Source of the DNA: Octopus vulgaris | Lineage: Eukaryota | DNA: 64,000 nucleotides | Direction: 5' to 3' | Assembly (NCBI GenBank): GCA_951406725.2 | Contig: OX597837.1 | Location: 13,826,001-13,890,000 of the forward strand | Shown here: in pieces, positions 25,261 to 38,997 of the stretch | Layout of the letters: the number at the start of each line of letters is the position of its first letter | How positions within the stretch are numbered: the first letter of the stretch is position 1 | Translations under genes and position numbers: made by a program | Notes under the pieces: model-generated | What the model saw: only the letters and a program-made list of their open reading frames with translations | Databases searched by the model: none | What the model was told of the DNA's origin: nothing

Positions 25261-28200
25261 TTTAGATGAAATGCGAGATTTGTGCTAGGTTGGGAAAGTT
25301 GTCAGCTAGGAGTAGTAAGCCACTATACTGATTCATTCACCTGGGGGAAAGAATTTGATAGAGTACTGCTCTATGTATGATAGTTGCAAAGAAGGAGTGT
25401 AGGTGAATGGCTTGTAGATGCTATGTAGCAAGGTGAGAGCAATGTGAGGAATTTAGCAGGTAGTTGGACACAAAAAAAGAGTTGAAAACCAACAGTTCTG
25501 TGGCTGGGAATGCCTGCATGTCGACATCTTAGTTCTCATTCAAGAATTAATCCAAGAATTAGAAGTAAAGTTCTGAATGTGCAAATAGAGTCCAGAATCG
25601 AGAGGTTTAAAAGGCCAACTTGAAAAAGACAAGTCTTAGTTAACAAAAAGGAAAACAGAGGAGGTAGACTTCCAACCTATATTCTCTATGAAGAAAGTTA
25701 GCTGAGCAGAAATTCTATTCTGTGTATCAGATATAAACTATACATGCACAAAAGGTGCAGTGAGATCTCAAGTAGGCTGACGGATTAAGTAAAGAGACAA
25801 CAGATTATGCAGAAGTACAATATTTGTTATTCTGTAAGAGCAGGTCACTTTAAGATTGACAAAAGAAAAAGAAAAACAACCCAACTTAATAAGAAAATAT
25901 AACAAAAACTGATTACAAGTGTTTTCTTAGTTTTTGTTTGCAGCAAATCTTAACTTGTGTCCTCATTTTTTTTTCATTTCACAAGAGGATTAATGGACTC
26001 ATTGTTTGGTAGACATAGGCACACAACTTTCACTTGGCACCTACCACATTTTTCAGGTTCTTAACTTTATATAGTCAAAAATTATAGTTTTCAAGTTAGT
26101 GCATAGAGAGAGTAAGGTCTCTGTAGCCAAATCTTTGAGTCTAACAATTGACATGTCAACTCTGAGTGACATTGGACACTAGTATGTCTATTCCAGAAAA
26201 CTGGCCATACAGGTGAAATAATTTATGCTATTCTATATACACAGTTGTGACCACGCAGTTAAGAAGTTTCTCAACCATGTGGTCTTGGGTTCAGTCCCAC
26301 TGAGCAGGTATCTACTATTGCTCCAGGCTGAGCAAAGCCTTGAGGGGATTTGGTAGACAAAAACAGAAAGAACCCCATTATACATACACCTGTGTGTTCT
26401 TGTGTACAGCCTTGTCTTGATATCACATCCTGGTTGTTAGTAGGCATCCCTATCATACAAGCAATGTTGCTGGTTTCTAGTCTTCTGTAGAAAATATGTC
26501 TGGCCATGGGGAAATATTAACTTGCTTGGAAACAAGTGAGGGTCGACAACAGAAAGGGGCTGTCCAGACAGAAAATCTACTTCAACAAAATTCTGTTTGA
26601 CCCATGCAAAAGTGGATACTTAATCATGATGATGTCATACATAGTTTGACTTCCTGACACTGAAAAATAGCAAGGTTTCCATGCAACCTTATATTCTCTG
26701 ACTGATAAAGCCTTCTCCGCTGCATGAGTAACAATCGATATGTCGACTAACCATCACACCCTTATGAAATATCACCCCTTCTTATCCCTCCCAATCCAAT
26801 CCTCTGTACCTATTACTTAACTACTAAACACAGAGAAACAAGGACAGACAAACGGATTGTCGATGACATCAACCCCAGTACTTAACTGGTACTTAATTTA
26901 TCGACCCTGAAAGGATGAAAGGCAAAGTTGACCTCGGCGGAATTTGAACTCAGAACGTAATGGCAGCCAAAATACTGCTAAGCATTTCGCCCGGCGTGCT
27001 AACGATTCTGCCAGTTCGCCACCTCTGTACCATTAACTAAATAACCAAGGTATGGTTTGATGCAAACTTTCAACTGCCCATGTGATTCAGAAGCTTGCTT
27101 TGCAACCATGTGGTTATGAGTTCAATCCCACTACATGGCATCTAGGACAGGCATCTTAAACTATCGCTCAGAGCTGACCAATGTCTTGTGAATTTAATTT
27201 GCTAGACGGAAACTGTGTGGAAGTTTGTTTTGTGTGTATGTGTTTGTCTCCCCCACAGCACTGCAAGACAAATGTTAGCTTGTCTATGTCCCTGACTTAG
27301 TGGTTCAGCAAAACAGACCAACATGATAAAAACCAGTACTTAACAAATAGCAACATTGATTTGTTCAATGAAATCCTTTAATGCAGTGCCCCAGCTGGCC
27401 ACAGTCCATTGACTGAACCCAAGTAAGATATACAAGAAAGAGTAGCTGACAGGCCTTATTATTTAGGTGACCGAATCAGCAGTGAAATTAGGTTTTGCAA
27501 GAGTATAATTGGCCTCATTTAAAGAAGGGTGGGCAAAATCCAGAGACTTATTCTATTGAGAATTTCTCTTTAACCCTTTTGTTTTCATATTTGTTGGAAT
27601 GCTCAACGTTTGTTGTTATTAAGCTTGTGTGTTCAGAACATAAATTAACACAAAATGTTGATGGATGGTTTTTTAAATTTAGATCACTAACCTTTTTGTT
27701 ACTGTATATCTGTCATTGTGTCATTTCAATTTGAAAATAATAAAGAATTTAGTGAAATAACTCATTATTAGACTGGCGCTTGGAACATGAATTCACATGA
27801 AATTGTGATGGATGGTGTTAATTTAGATCACTTTAAAATGGGAAGTTTGTATTACAGAACCAGGAGCAGTCTAAGGCAGGTTGGCATCAATAATGGTGAA
27901 AAAAGGGTGGAAAAATTTAGAGAGGTATTACTTCTATGGACAAGAAAGGGCTTCTCTTTTGATTGTACAATATTTGTGCGTGAAATACGATAGAGCGAAA
28001 AGGGCACTGAAAGGAGGAGTGTGTGAAAAATCTGGTGAGAAATAAGGCAAAACTGTTTCATTGGATGTGTAATATCAGTGTACATGAATGATGCAGCAGA
28101 GAGGAGCCGAGAAGAAAAAGATGAAAAAGGGAGGATGGGAAAGAGGCAGAAGAAGAAGAATCAGATGTAGAAGAGAGATTAATAGAGACATGTGATTCAT

Positions 28201-29181
28201 AGAAAAGATGACAGCTGGGTGAAACGTGCCAAGCAATCTAAATAAAAGGAGTCTGTGGAAGAAGATGACCAAGGAGAGACATGGAGTGGGTGGAGAGCAA
28301 TAAAGGCCAATTACAGGATGCTGAGTCTTGTAAAGGGGATACATAACTGCTACATGTGGTGAGATGCTGTGCTGAAACACTCATTTTTTCCATGATGGCA
28401 TGGATTGTAATCCATAAAATGATCTCTCTCTCTCTCTCGCACACACAAGGTTTCAGTACATTATCCTTTACTTGTTTCAATCCTTGGATTGCTGCCATGC
28501 TGCAGCACCATTTCAAAGGGTTTTAGTCGAGCAAAGCAATCCTGTTATTTTATTTGTTTTTTGTAAGTCTGGTAATTATTTTACCAGTGTCTTTTGCCAA
28601 ACTTAGCTATGGGGACACAAACAAACCAACAGTGGCTGAGGTAAGACGGGGGCACACACACACTTCCCTTCTACCAAATTCACTCACAAGGTATTGGTCA
28701 GGCCGAGACTAAGTGTAGAAAACACTTGCCCCAGGTGCTGCACATTGGGACTGAACCCTACACCACATGGTTGCAAATTGAACTCCTTAACCACACAACC
28801 ACGCCTGTGCCTATAGAAGTGCCTATGAAACTAAATCTTTTGCTAATATTAAGGAGATTATGTGTTTTGTGATGTCCTGTAGGCAGAAACAAGCTAAATA
28901 AGCCAAGTGCAATGTAATATGCACTTTACCATTTGACATTGGAGGACAAAAACATCTCTAAAAGAGTATTTTTAGCTGAAACACTTAACCATATTAAAAG
29001 TGGCTTCCTGCATCTGCGTTCTCAAACCAAGATGGGTTACGTAGCAAAGAGAACAGCATTTCCCAATCCGCACGTAGCAAAAATGCCCAAAATCAGAATA
29101 TTTTGTAGAGATTACAATTAGACGATACCACCCACTTTTTGGAGGGAGGCCTGAGTGTGGTCTAAATGACACCTTATTTAA

Positions 29182-29403
29182 CCCTTTTGATACTAACCTG
29201 GCCAAAACCAGCTCTGGCTCTGTAGTATAAATGTCTTGTTTTCATAAGTTTTTCATTAAAATATACCACCAAACCTTAGTCACAATTTAAGATCCTAACA
29301 GTAGCTGAATGATAACTAAGTTATTTTACTAAATTCTTTGTTATATTTACAATTAATTGAAAGAAATCCAGAGCATCTCAAAATGAATACGGTAACGAAA
29401 GGG
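29182..29403. mobile_element. piggyBac-like MITE
   Basis: TTAA on both flanks; TIRs CCCTTTTGATAC / GTAACGAAAGGG. Confidence 0.75.
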
Positions 29404-30465
29404 TTAATGTAAAAAAGATATTTGTAGCGTTTTTTATGCACTACCCCACCTCCTCCATGACCCGCAATAATTTTCCTTATATTCTCTCAAACTGTAAATT
29501 CACCACTGCCCCACACCCCACCTCCGTACCAATTATTGCTTTCAATTCTGTCTTCATCTCTATTGTCTGTCATTCCTTCACACATCTTGCAAACCTCCCT
29601 ACCCGTTCAGCCATCCTCAATTCCCTGCCCCCTATTCTCTCTCCACCCATCTTCCTGTACTTCTATGTCACCCAATGCTGGATTAACCATTAAGCAAAAC
29701 GAGCAGGTGCTTGGGGCATGAAGGGGAAGCGGAACACCACAGAAATAGTAGATGCCTACAATAGTATTTATGATGCACGGCACATTTGTCTTGGATTTGG
29801 AAGCTTTACAAATTCCAGTGAACCAAATATGACATTCACAGGGCGAACTCAAGATAACAATCGCCCCTGTTCATTCTACGTCAATTTGGTTTTCCCTATA
29901 AACACAGCTCGGGTGTGACACATACTTGGCAGGTGGCTGTAGTTGTTACAATTATGTATATATTCAGGCTCAACACACATACACGCAAACGTTCTGAACT
30001 TCCCACTTGTATTACATTAATATTAGAAAACGAAGAAAAAGGTCCCATAATATAAAGACCAAGGGATGCTGAATATATAAACAAAAAACCAAATGACGCA
30101 ATGACGGACGTAATTATCGACCGCTTATAAAACGGCGGGACAAATAAACCATTATATATATAAATATATAAAGCTATTTCCGGAAATTTTCAGTACCAAA
30201 AACTATGCGTTTAACAAGTTCCGGTTAGGGAGGAATGATCACAGCCATTATTTTCGAATTTCCCCACCTCTCACATAAACGTAAATCTATATAATTCCAA
30301 GCAGTGGTTTTCAACAAGGGACCATATATTGGCCCCCAGGGGTCCACATAAGATTTTAGTGTTAAAATTTATGTCCAATAAACTGATTGTTATTCTACAA
30401 CACAGGAAATATTTTTAACGATTTTTTGAAAATATAATTATTAATGGTATTTAATTTTAAAAGTA

Positions 30466-30620
30466 TTACTCTTTTACTTGTTTCAGTCATTTCACTGTGG
30501 CCATGCTGGAGCACCGCCTTTTAGTCGAACAAATCGACCCCAGGACTTATTCTTTGTAAGCCTAGTACTTATTCTATAGGTCTCTTTTTGGGGGGACAAA
30601 CGGACACACAATCACACACA

Positions 30621-30674
<54 letters not shown>

Positions 30675-30786
30675 GACGGGCTTCTTTCAGTTTCCGTCTA
30701 CCAAATCCACTCACAAGGCTTTGGTTGGCCTGAGGCTATAGTTGAAGACACTTGCCCTAGGTGCCACGCAGTGGGATTGAACCTGG
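30466..30786 (-). mobile_element. SINE family A with an internal deletion and expanded (TA)n
   Basis: Homologous to family A; lies inside a CAGTGGTTTTCAA-headed, possibly hAT, remnant. Confidence 0.78.
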
Positions 30787-32574
30787 AAGCATTAGAGGAT
30801 TTTTCAAACATTGAATTGCTATGAGTGTCTATCAGAGTTACATAGGAACCACAGGAGGTTCCATAGGTAAAAAAATAAAATGGCCTAGAAATACTGACTT
30901 AAAGAGTATCTGCGGAAAATCTTCACTTTTAAAAAGAAATCCATACGTTTTTAAGAAAGTTAAGTCGGGGTGAATGGGGGTGGAGAAATTATCCGAAACT
31001 TTTCAAATAAAAGGGGAAAAAATTTGTTTTACAACTTTTTCAAACATAACCGTAATCTACATCTTATCTCTGAGAAATTTTCATTGGGAGAAGACCCACT
31101 TCTGTAGTTATGTCATGTATAAGAAGCAGGCGTGGCTGTTATGGTAGGATGTTAGCTACCGCACTGCATGGCAAGTTGAAGGGTCTTCTGCTAGAGGCTC
31201 AGACCTACCAAAGCATTGTGAGGGGAATTGGCAGACGGAAACTGAAAGAAACTAGTCTTGTGTGTGTCTTAGACTCCCTACCACCGCTTGACGACCCGTC
31301 GTTAGAGCCCGTAACTTAGGGGTTCGGCAACAGATACCGATAGAATAAGTAACGGGCTTAAAATAAGTACTGGGGAAGGATTTATTCGGTTAAACCCTAC
31401 AAATCGTAGCCACAGTCCAATGACTGGAACAAGACGAAACCCACGCGCGCGCGCAATGACTGGCAATCTTTACGTTTAGCGTCCTAAATTACTATTTTTG
31501 AAAAAAAAATTCTCTTGCGTGAGAGAAAACAAAACAAATGTGCCGTACAAATGCACCAAACTCAGAATTTCACGAGGAAAAGCAATTTCATTGTCTAATT
31601 AACGTATTTTATTACGTGACGGTTTTTTTTTTGTTTGTTTTAATTGCTACTTAAATTTTCTTCTCAAAAGCCAGAAACACTTGAGTCACGCCGTTGCTGT
31701 CTCTATTCAAACTGACTGAAACAAAAACGGTTGGCAATGTCTCATTAATTCTTTGCCTGAATAAAATAGATAAAAACAAAGACTACTCGTGGTGGTGGTA
31801 GTGGTGGAGAAAGTGTGTGTGGGGCAAGCAAATTTCCAGGGTCTACAAAGAGTCTTCTGTTTAGGCCCAGACCTACCAAAGCATTGTGAGGGGAATTGGT
31901 AGACAGAAACTGAAAGAAACTAGTCTTGTGTGTGTCTTAGACCCCCACCGCCGCTTGACGACCCGTCGTTAGAGCCCGTGACTCATTATATCCGTTTGTT
32001 TGACATTGGTCTGCAGCCATGCTGGAGCACCGCCAGAGACGGTTCAGTCGAACAAACATCCATGCCAGTACTTAATTTTATATATCTGGTACTTAACTTA
32101 TTCTACGAGCCTCTAGTACCTGAACTGCTAACTTACTTACGGGGACGTAAACAAACCAACAACTGGTGTCAAACGGTGCTGGGACACAAACTCATACGAC
32201 GAGCTTCTTTCAGTTTCCGCCTACAAAATCCACTCACAAAGCTTAGGTCGGTTCGGAGTTTTAGTAAAAGACATGCCCCAGGTGCCGCAGAGTGTAACTG
32301 AGCCCAAGACCAAACGGTTGGGAATCGAGCTTCTTACTTACAGAGCTACGTCCGCAACATTTACAAAATAGAAAAGGTGTTTTTTCAGATTTACCCCCCC
32401 CCCTCCCAACCGGAAAGTGAAGACGGAAATGTATTTAAGGCACTAAACACAACTGCATGGAACTTAGAAAAATACTATTCTTAGGTGACCACAGCATGTC
32501 TGTAAAATGAAAGCGAACCAAGTTTGTGTCCCGGCCACATGGTTCAATACTTCTGCGTGACACCTTGCATAGCC

Positions 32575-32648
32575 CTGGGCCGACCAAAGCCTTGTGAGTG
32601 GATTTGGTAGACGGAAAGTGAAAGAAGCCCGTCGTATATATGTGTATG

Positions 32649-32688
<40 letters not shown>

Positions 32689-32909
32689 TATGTGTGTGTG
32701 TGTCTGTGTTTGTCCCCCTAGCATTGCTTGACAACCGATGCTGGTGTGTTTACGTCCCCGTAACTTAGCGGTTCGGCAAAACAGACCGATAGAATAAGTA
32801 CTAGGCTTACAAAGAATAAGTCCCTGGGGTCGATTTGCTCGTCTAAAAAAAGGCGGTGCGGTGCTCCAGCATGGCCGCAGTCAAATGACTGAAACAAGTA
32901 AAAGAGTAA
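32575..32909 (+). mobile_element. SINE family A
   Basis: Homologous to family A, with an expanded internal (TA)n. Confidence 0.8.
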
Positions 32910-33365
32910 ATATCCGTTTTCCTCCTCGAGGGTGAGGAGGAAACGAAATCAGGCGGTGGAGGGCGAACTTGTGCAAGGTTTCGCTGGCTCACCAATACGA
33001 AAGATACCTTTAGTGTGAAAGACATTCTTTAAAAAAAAAAATAATAATAATAATAATCCATGCCTGTAAAGTTTCTTTTCGCCTTTAAGATTTACTAAAT
33101 TGAAAAACAAGCCAAAAACAAGGCAAAAAAGTCAAGGATCCTCGAGATATTATCGTTAAATAACCGCACGTACAACATTGATAGACACACAGAGCCCTGT
33201 TGTGACGTAAGGCCGCAACCACGAGTAAACAAGCGTGCCGTTGTTTTACCCCAACCGACAGGCGTTACTTTGTGATGGTTGTTAAAGACCTGTTGAAGAC
33301 AAGGAACCCATAAATGTACTCCCTAAAATATCACACACTACCGGGCCGTCACAAACGCAGCCATC

Positions 33366-33422
<57 letters not shown>

Positions 33423-33427
<5 letters not shown>

Positions 33428-33858
33428 CTTTATTGCCCATAAGGGGCTAAACACAGAGAGCGATGGTCGAAATACCTATTTCTTTACTACCCACAAGGGG
33501 CTAAACACAGAGAGGACAAACAAGGACAGACAAACGGATTAAGTCGATTATATCGACCCCAGTGCGTAACTGGTACTTAATTTATCGACTCCGAAAGGAT
33601 GAAAGGCAAAGTGGACCTCGGCGGAATTTGAACTTGGAACGTAACGACAGACGAAATACGGCTTTGTGCTAACGTTTCTGCCAGTTCGCCGCCTATGTAT
33701 ATATATATTATTTTTTTTACTGCCCATAAGGGGCTAAAAATAGAGGGGACAAACAAAGACAAAGGGATTAAGTCGATTACATCGACCCCAGTGCATAACT
33801 GGTACTTTATTTATCGACCCCGAAAGGATGAAAGGCAAAGTCGACCTCGGCGGAATTT
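33423..33858 (-). mobile_element. Cluster or multimer of SINE family B
   Basis: Three tail segments (tatttctttactacccacaaggggctaaa-type) in tandem. Confidence 0.8.
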
Positions 33859-34059
33859 GGCTCTTTAATATATATATATTATTCCACTACGTAGGTGCAG
33901 GCGTGGTTGTTTGTGGTGAGAAGTTTTCTGCCCAATTATCATGGTTTCGGGTTCGGTTCGACCGCGTGGAACTTTGGGAAAGTGTCTCCTGCTACATAAG
34001 CCCCACCCGACCAAAGTCTTGTGAGAGGAATTTGGTGGACGGAAACTGAAAGAAGCCCG

Positions 34060-34124
<65 letters not shown>

Positions 34125-34569
34125 TGTTTGCCCCCCCCCCGCTCCCGCCAAAACCCACTCGACAACCGGTGTCGGTGCGTTCACGTGACTTAGCGGTTCG
34201 GCAAAAGAGACCGACAGAATAAGTACTAGGTGAAGAAATTAAAAAGAAAAGTGTTAAGTTGATTCGTTGGATTGAAACCTTGAGAGCAGTGCCCTTACAT
34301 GGCACAAGTGCAATAACAAAGGAAAAGATAGAACAAACACCATCCGTGCACACACAGGTAACTCTGGTCATTCCACCTGCCCCACGCGACACCGTCGTGA
34401 CGTCACAAAGGATTGCAGTGATGTGGCGATTATGCAGGTAGCTGTTGGTGCCGACACGGCTCGGCCGAGCGCCTACTTCCAGACAAGGAGGGTACTTCAC
34501 GTGGTCGCGTAACATTTTAGAAATAGCAGCCAAATCTCTCAAGTCAAACCCTAACCTGATTAAGGACGC

Positions 34570-34692
34570 GGCACTACTTAAATGCAGAGGTCCCGATGCA
34601 TCAACCCTAACGATGTTTTTACAGTGCACACTGGTTAGGGGTAGTCTTAGGGTTGCGTAGATGCGTCGGGACCTCTATATGTAAGTAGTACC
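34570..34692. mobile_element. Merlin-like MITE
   Basis: 33-bp TIRs beginning GG (ggcactacttaaatgcagaggtcccgatgcatc / gatgcgtcgggacctctatatgtaagtagtacc) and an 8-bp TSD aaggacg(c/t). Confidence 0.75.
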
Positions 34693-35924
34693 AAGGACGT
34701 TCCTTCCTTATCACTCCCTAAAGCCTGTCATTCGTTTCAGCCGTTGGGGCACCGCCACAAAGGGTTTAACAATTTTTTACAGAGAATATATTTGGAAATC
34801 GTGGCTGTTGTGGTAAGAAGTTCGCTTTCCAACTTACACGGGTTCTGGAATCGATCTCCCAGCTTAGCGCCTCAGATGACTAAAGCCTTGTGAGTGAATT
34901 TGGAAGATAGAAATTGAAAGAAGCCCGATACGTGGTGGGTGTCCCCCCACCACCACCACCACCGCCGCTTCACAACCGGTGTTGGTTTGTTTACGTCTTC
35001 GTAACTTAGCTGGTAGACAAAAAAAAAAAAGGGGGCCGATATAAAAATAAAAAATAGCAGGTTTAAAAAAATAAGTACTGGTCGTTATTCGTTTGCCTAA
35101 AAAAACCTTAGTCAAGGCGGTGCCCCAGCATGGGCGCAATCCAATGACAGAAACAAGTAAAAAAAAAAATAACGACCGTGTTATAGAAAGTGTCGAAGCA
35201 AATCGAAGTGTTTCCCTATTAAATACGAGGATGCATGTGGTCGTGAAATGAGGTAAAAATCAGGTGAAACCGCCGAGGGATGGCAAAGGCTGGTGATTAC
35301 ACCATCACGAAGGGATCTCCGTCAGAAAGAATAGGTTCTTTGGAAACAGCAAACGAGGAAAAATCCAGTGTAAGATGTATTCAAAAATTCATACACTTTC
35401 GTTTTATTTTGAAATGCGGAGTAATAAATAACGAAGAAGCGCCATCTTTACTAAGGAAGGACACGTTGAACAACGTCGCTTTCGCTGTACAAAAAGACGG
35501 GAGAGTCACGCCTGGAACGCATTTGATTACAGGTCAGCTGGATCAAAGCTCACTTGGTGAGGCTAAACTATAGCCTATGTCGATGTTAAAAAAAATATCA
35601 GTCAAAGCACAACCTTGTTTTAAAGGACGATTTAGATACCCTTGTGGAAAAAAAAAAAAACGACTGGACAGTCGTGGCTGGAATGCCTTTGATCTTAAAC
35701 CTGCTCAATATCACTGCTGACCTGCAGCTAATCAATAACATATTGCGTCACTTAAAAGAAACATAATTTCGATAATGGCGCTTTATCTAAATCTCGCTGA
35801 AAAAACAAAAATACAAACACACACACACACACTCGGGTAGGATAGGCACGCGCTCGCGCGCATACACACACACCCGGTTAAAACCCAGTAAATACACATG
35901 CACTAAAACACACAAGCGCGCGCG

Positions 35925-36108
35925 CACACACACGCGACGAATATATACGTATACTCGTACAGCGAATACACACACACAACGAATATATACATACTCATAC
36001 AGCGAACACACACATACACAACGAATATATACGTATACTCGTACAGCGAATACGCACACACACGACGAATATATACGTACACTCATACAGCGAACACACA
36101 CACACAGA
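35925..36108. repeat. ~43-bp CpG-rich minisatellite, 4 copies
   Basis: Unit (ca)n-acgaatatatacgtatactc(g/a)tacagcgaa, with alternating variants. Confidence 0.85.
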
Positions 36109-37626
36109 TATCAAATAAACACATACACCTAATATACACGAGCACACACACGCACACACATATACACACCTGGCTAATGTGTGTAGAATATTCCAGTACA
36201 AAAGTATCGAAGTAAATTCAACAAATACGTTTCTAGAATAAGTTTAAAAACCTTGAAGACGGTGGTGTGTGTCTGTGTGTGTGTAAGACATCTTTTAAAT
36301 ACGCATAAAATAAATGGTTTCTGAGGAAATATAGGTAACAGAAAACCCATCAAAATAAACAGGTTGGAATAATTGTTTGATGCCTTTTGTTAAAAAGAAT
36401 GGGAATGGCTAAAGTTATTAAAACCAGAATGATTCATTTAAAAGACTTGGCCATTTAATTGTGTTCTGAAGACCATTAAAGGTTGTAACTTGTTGGAAGA
36501 GGCAACAGGGAGAAGAAAAAATAAAGAGGGGAAAATCTGTAAGAAAGACAGGAAAAAAAACTTTGGATTTGTGGTGTTGGGTTTAAAGGGAATAGGGATT
36601 AAGTGACGTTCATCCCTTTCTCTATAGAAATAGGGATTAACGACCACAAAGCTTGTTTCCCCGCTTTTTTTTAACGAAAAGCAAAACACTTCCTCGCCCA
36701 ACATTTTGCAACGAACTCAGGAAATAAAGGTGAGGAGGGGACAAAAACATGATTTCATTACGAATAATGATTATATATAGTTTTAATGATTTAAGGGTAC
36801 AAGGCCAAATGATTTAAAGGGACGGGGTTAGGCATTACCATCGACCACTCCCAAGTTTGACCCCGTACGGATGAAAGCAGTTGACTTTGGTCAGATTTGA
36901 ACTCAGGACACAGAGAGATAATCATAACAGTAATTGCTTCTAACATTTAGGCATAAGGCCTGGCATTTTAGAAAGAAAAAACAAAAAGCCGATTAAATCG
37001 ACCCCTGTACATAACTGGTACTTTATTCTATCGACCTCCTTGAGGGACGAAAGGTGAAGTTAATCTCAGCAGGATTTGAACTCAGAAGGTAGCCATCTCA
37101 AATTCTGCAGATATTTCCTTTTATCATAATAATTATTATTTCTTTACTACCCACAAGGGGTTACATGCAGAGGGGACAAACAAGGACAGACAGACAAAGG
37201 GATTAAGTCGATTATATCGACCCCGGTGCGTAACTGGTACTTATTTAATCGACCCCGAAAGGACGAAAGGCTAAGTCGACCTCGGCGGAATTTGAACTCA
37301 TAATGCTTTTTTAATGTTATTAACATTTCCCAGATAATCCAGTTTCTTTCGACAAGAAACCCCTAAACATATACAGAGGACAAAAAAAGAAGCCACAACG
37401 TGATATTATTACATACAAGCCATGCTTTCTTTTATTTTTTTTCCCCTCACACCAAAGGAGGGAAGGACAAGGACCTCCTCAGTCGCCAATGTCGACGGGA
37501 TTAATTAATTAATCTTATTTTCTCAATTAGAAAACAGGTAATAAAAAAAACAACAATAACAGAAAGATATAAAATTAATAAAGTATTCACATAATATAAT
37601 ATATATTTAATTATATATATACATAC

Positions 37627-37729
37627 CGATAAACGACGTGGCTAAAAGCAAAACGAAAATAATCCCAACATATCTCCCAGTAACAAACGTCGAGTACAAG
37701 TTCCTGGTGATGGCTGTCATTTTGAACAT
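37627..37729 (-). CDS. CD164: First coding exon (signal peptide) of the CD164/TMEM123-family gene
   Basis: Encodes MFKMTAITRNLYSTFVTGRYVGIIFVLLLATSFI plus G, then the donor GTATGT at 37626. The 103-nt exon is phase 1 and joins in frame (G+CT=Ala) to the 11219 exon, giving a hydrophobic signal peptide ending ...SFIAGVNG. An alternative ATG lies at 37720. Confidence 0.8.
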
Positions 37730-37858
37730 GTTTCTTCTAGTTTATTTATAAAATAGTCTTTTTTTTAATTAGTGTTTCCCTTTTGAATAAGAATCAGACC
37801 AGCAACAGACGTCTGATGTATTGTTAAAGCTTAAAAAAACCCCAAGTGTTGTCCACGT
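37730..37858 (-). other. Probable 5'UTR part of the ATG-containing exon
   Basis: A strong minus-strand acceptor, ttctctgccttcttctctcacAG, ends at 37859. Confidence 0.5.
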
Positions 37859-38358
37859 CTGTGAGAGAAGAAGGCAGAGAAGCGAGGTCGGAATTTACTT
37901 CTACGACGTCTACAAGGAATTATAAGAGAGAGAGAGAGAGAGAGATTTGTCTGTGTGTTTGTCTGTGTGTGAATATTTATAAATGAAAAATTTCAGATTT
38001 TCCTTCCAGGAAGGAAAGAACAGCGTCAGCGGGCCTTCCTTGTTGCTTAACAATGTATAACTGTTCGCGACCAGTTCGTGTAAGCCTTATATATATATTC
38101 ATACAGACATTAATAGAGAATGATATCTCGTCTGACGAGTCATGGTATATATATATATATATATATGTGTATAGATCTATATATATAGGAAGTTCTGCGA
38201 CGTTTTCTTCCAGGCAATATCACGGAGGATATCAGTGCATATGTATGTGTATATATAATATATATATATTCATATACACACACAGATATAAATATATTTA
38301 CAAGGCAGAAAGGTGAAATGAAGTGATATTAAATAGTGCAGGACAGCAGGCAGCTCAC

Positions 38359-38400
38359 CGTTGCTGTAGAGTTCTACTTCCGGTTTCTCTTAGCTACGGA
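38359..38400 (-). promoter_or_regulatory. Putative promoter and short non-coding first exon of the sialomucin gene
   Basis: An ETS-type motif CCGGAAGT (38376-38383, minus strand) lies just upstream of a donor CG|GTGAGC at 38358. The donor would pair with the 37859 acceptor (500-bp intron). The context retains CpGs. Confidence 0.45.
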
Positions 38401-38842
38401 TAACAGCACACTCTCGTGCTTCGCCTTTTCTTTCCCTTTCTATCTCTCCATCCCCCCTCTTTCACTCTCTCTGTCTCTATCTCTTTCTCTGCTCCTCTCT
38501 CTCTCTCACTCTGTCTCTGTCTCTGTTCCTCTCTCTCTCTATATCCACCTTGCTGTCTAAATCTCTATCTACCGTCTAGATAATCCAACTGCGTGTGTCT
38601 CTTGTCTTATTTTATTTCCTATCTTCGTCTGTAGCGCTGTTTCATCTCGTCACCCCGCTCTTTCCCTATCTCTGTTGCCCAATGTGCATTTGTAAGCGTG
38701 GTATATATATATCCTTGTTGCTTATTTTGATTATAATCACCCCATTTGATTTATATGGTTAATACCATACCAAACTCTGGTGCCTTTAACTTAAGTACCA
38801 TATTCATCTGAATCTAAATTTTTACTGAACTTATATATATAT

Positions 38843-38997
38843 ACCGGAGTAAGCACATAAATGTGAAACAAGGTGGAAAAAAGAGTACTCAAATACCAGA
38901 GGTAGAGTAATATGCTTAATTTAAAAGCAGCAGAAATATAACAAAAGCTGTTACTCAGAGTTTCACATTCACGTTCGTCTGATAGTTTTAAATAAAG
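38843..38997 (-). mobile_element. Short element within (TA)n with a hammerhead-like motif (38945-38987)
   Basis: Minus strand reads actat-CAGACGA-ACG tgaa TGT-GAAA-ctctgag-TA-acagc, with (TA)n on both sides. Confidence 0.5.

Noticed and set aside
33865-34629. 254-aa ORF
   Set aside because: It runs through a MITE, a SINE and a microsatellite and has no domain.
38125-38145. CTGACGA hammerhead core
   Set aside because: No stem II or GAAA follows; it runs into (TA)n.
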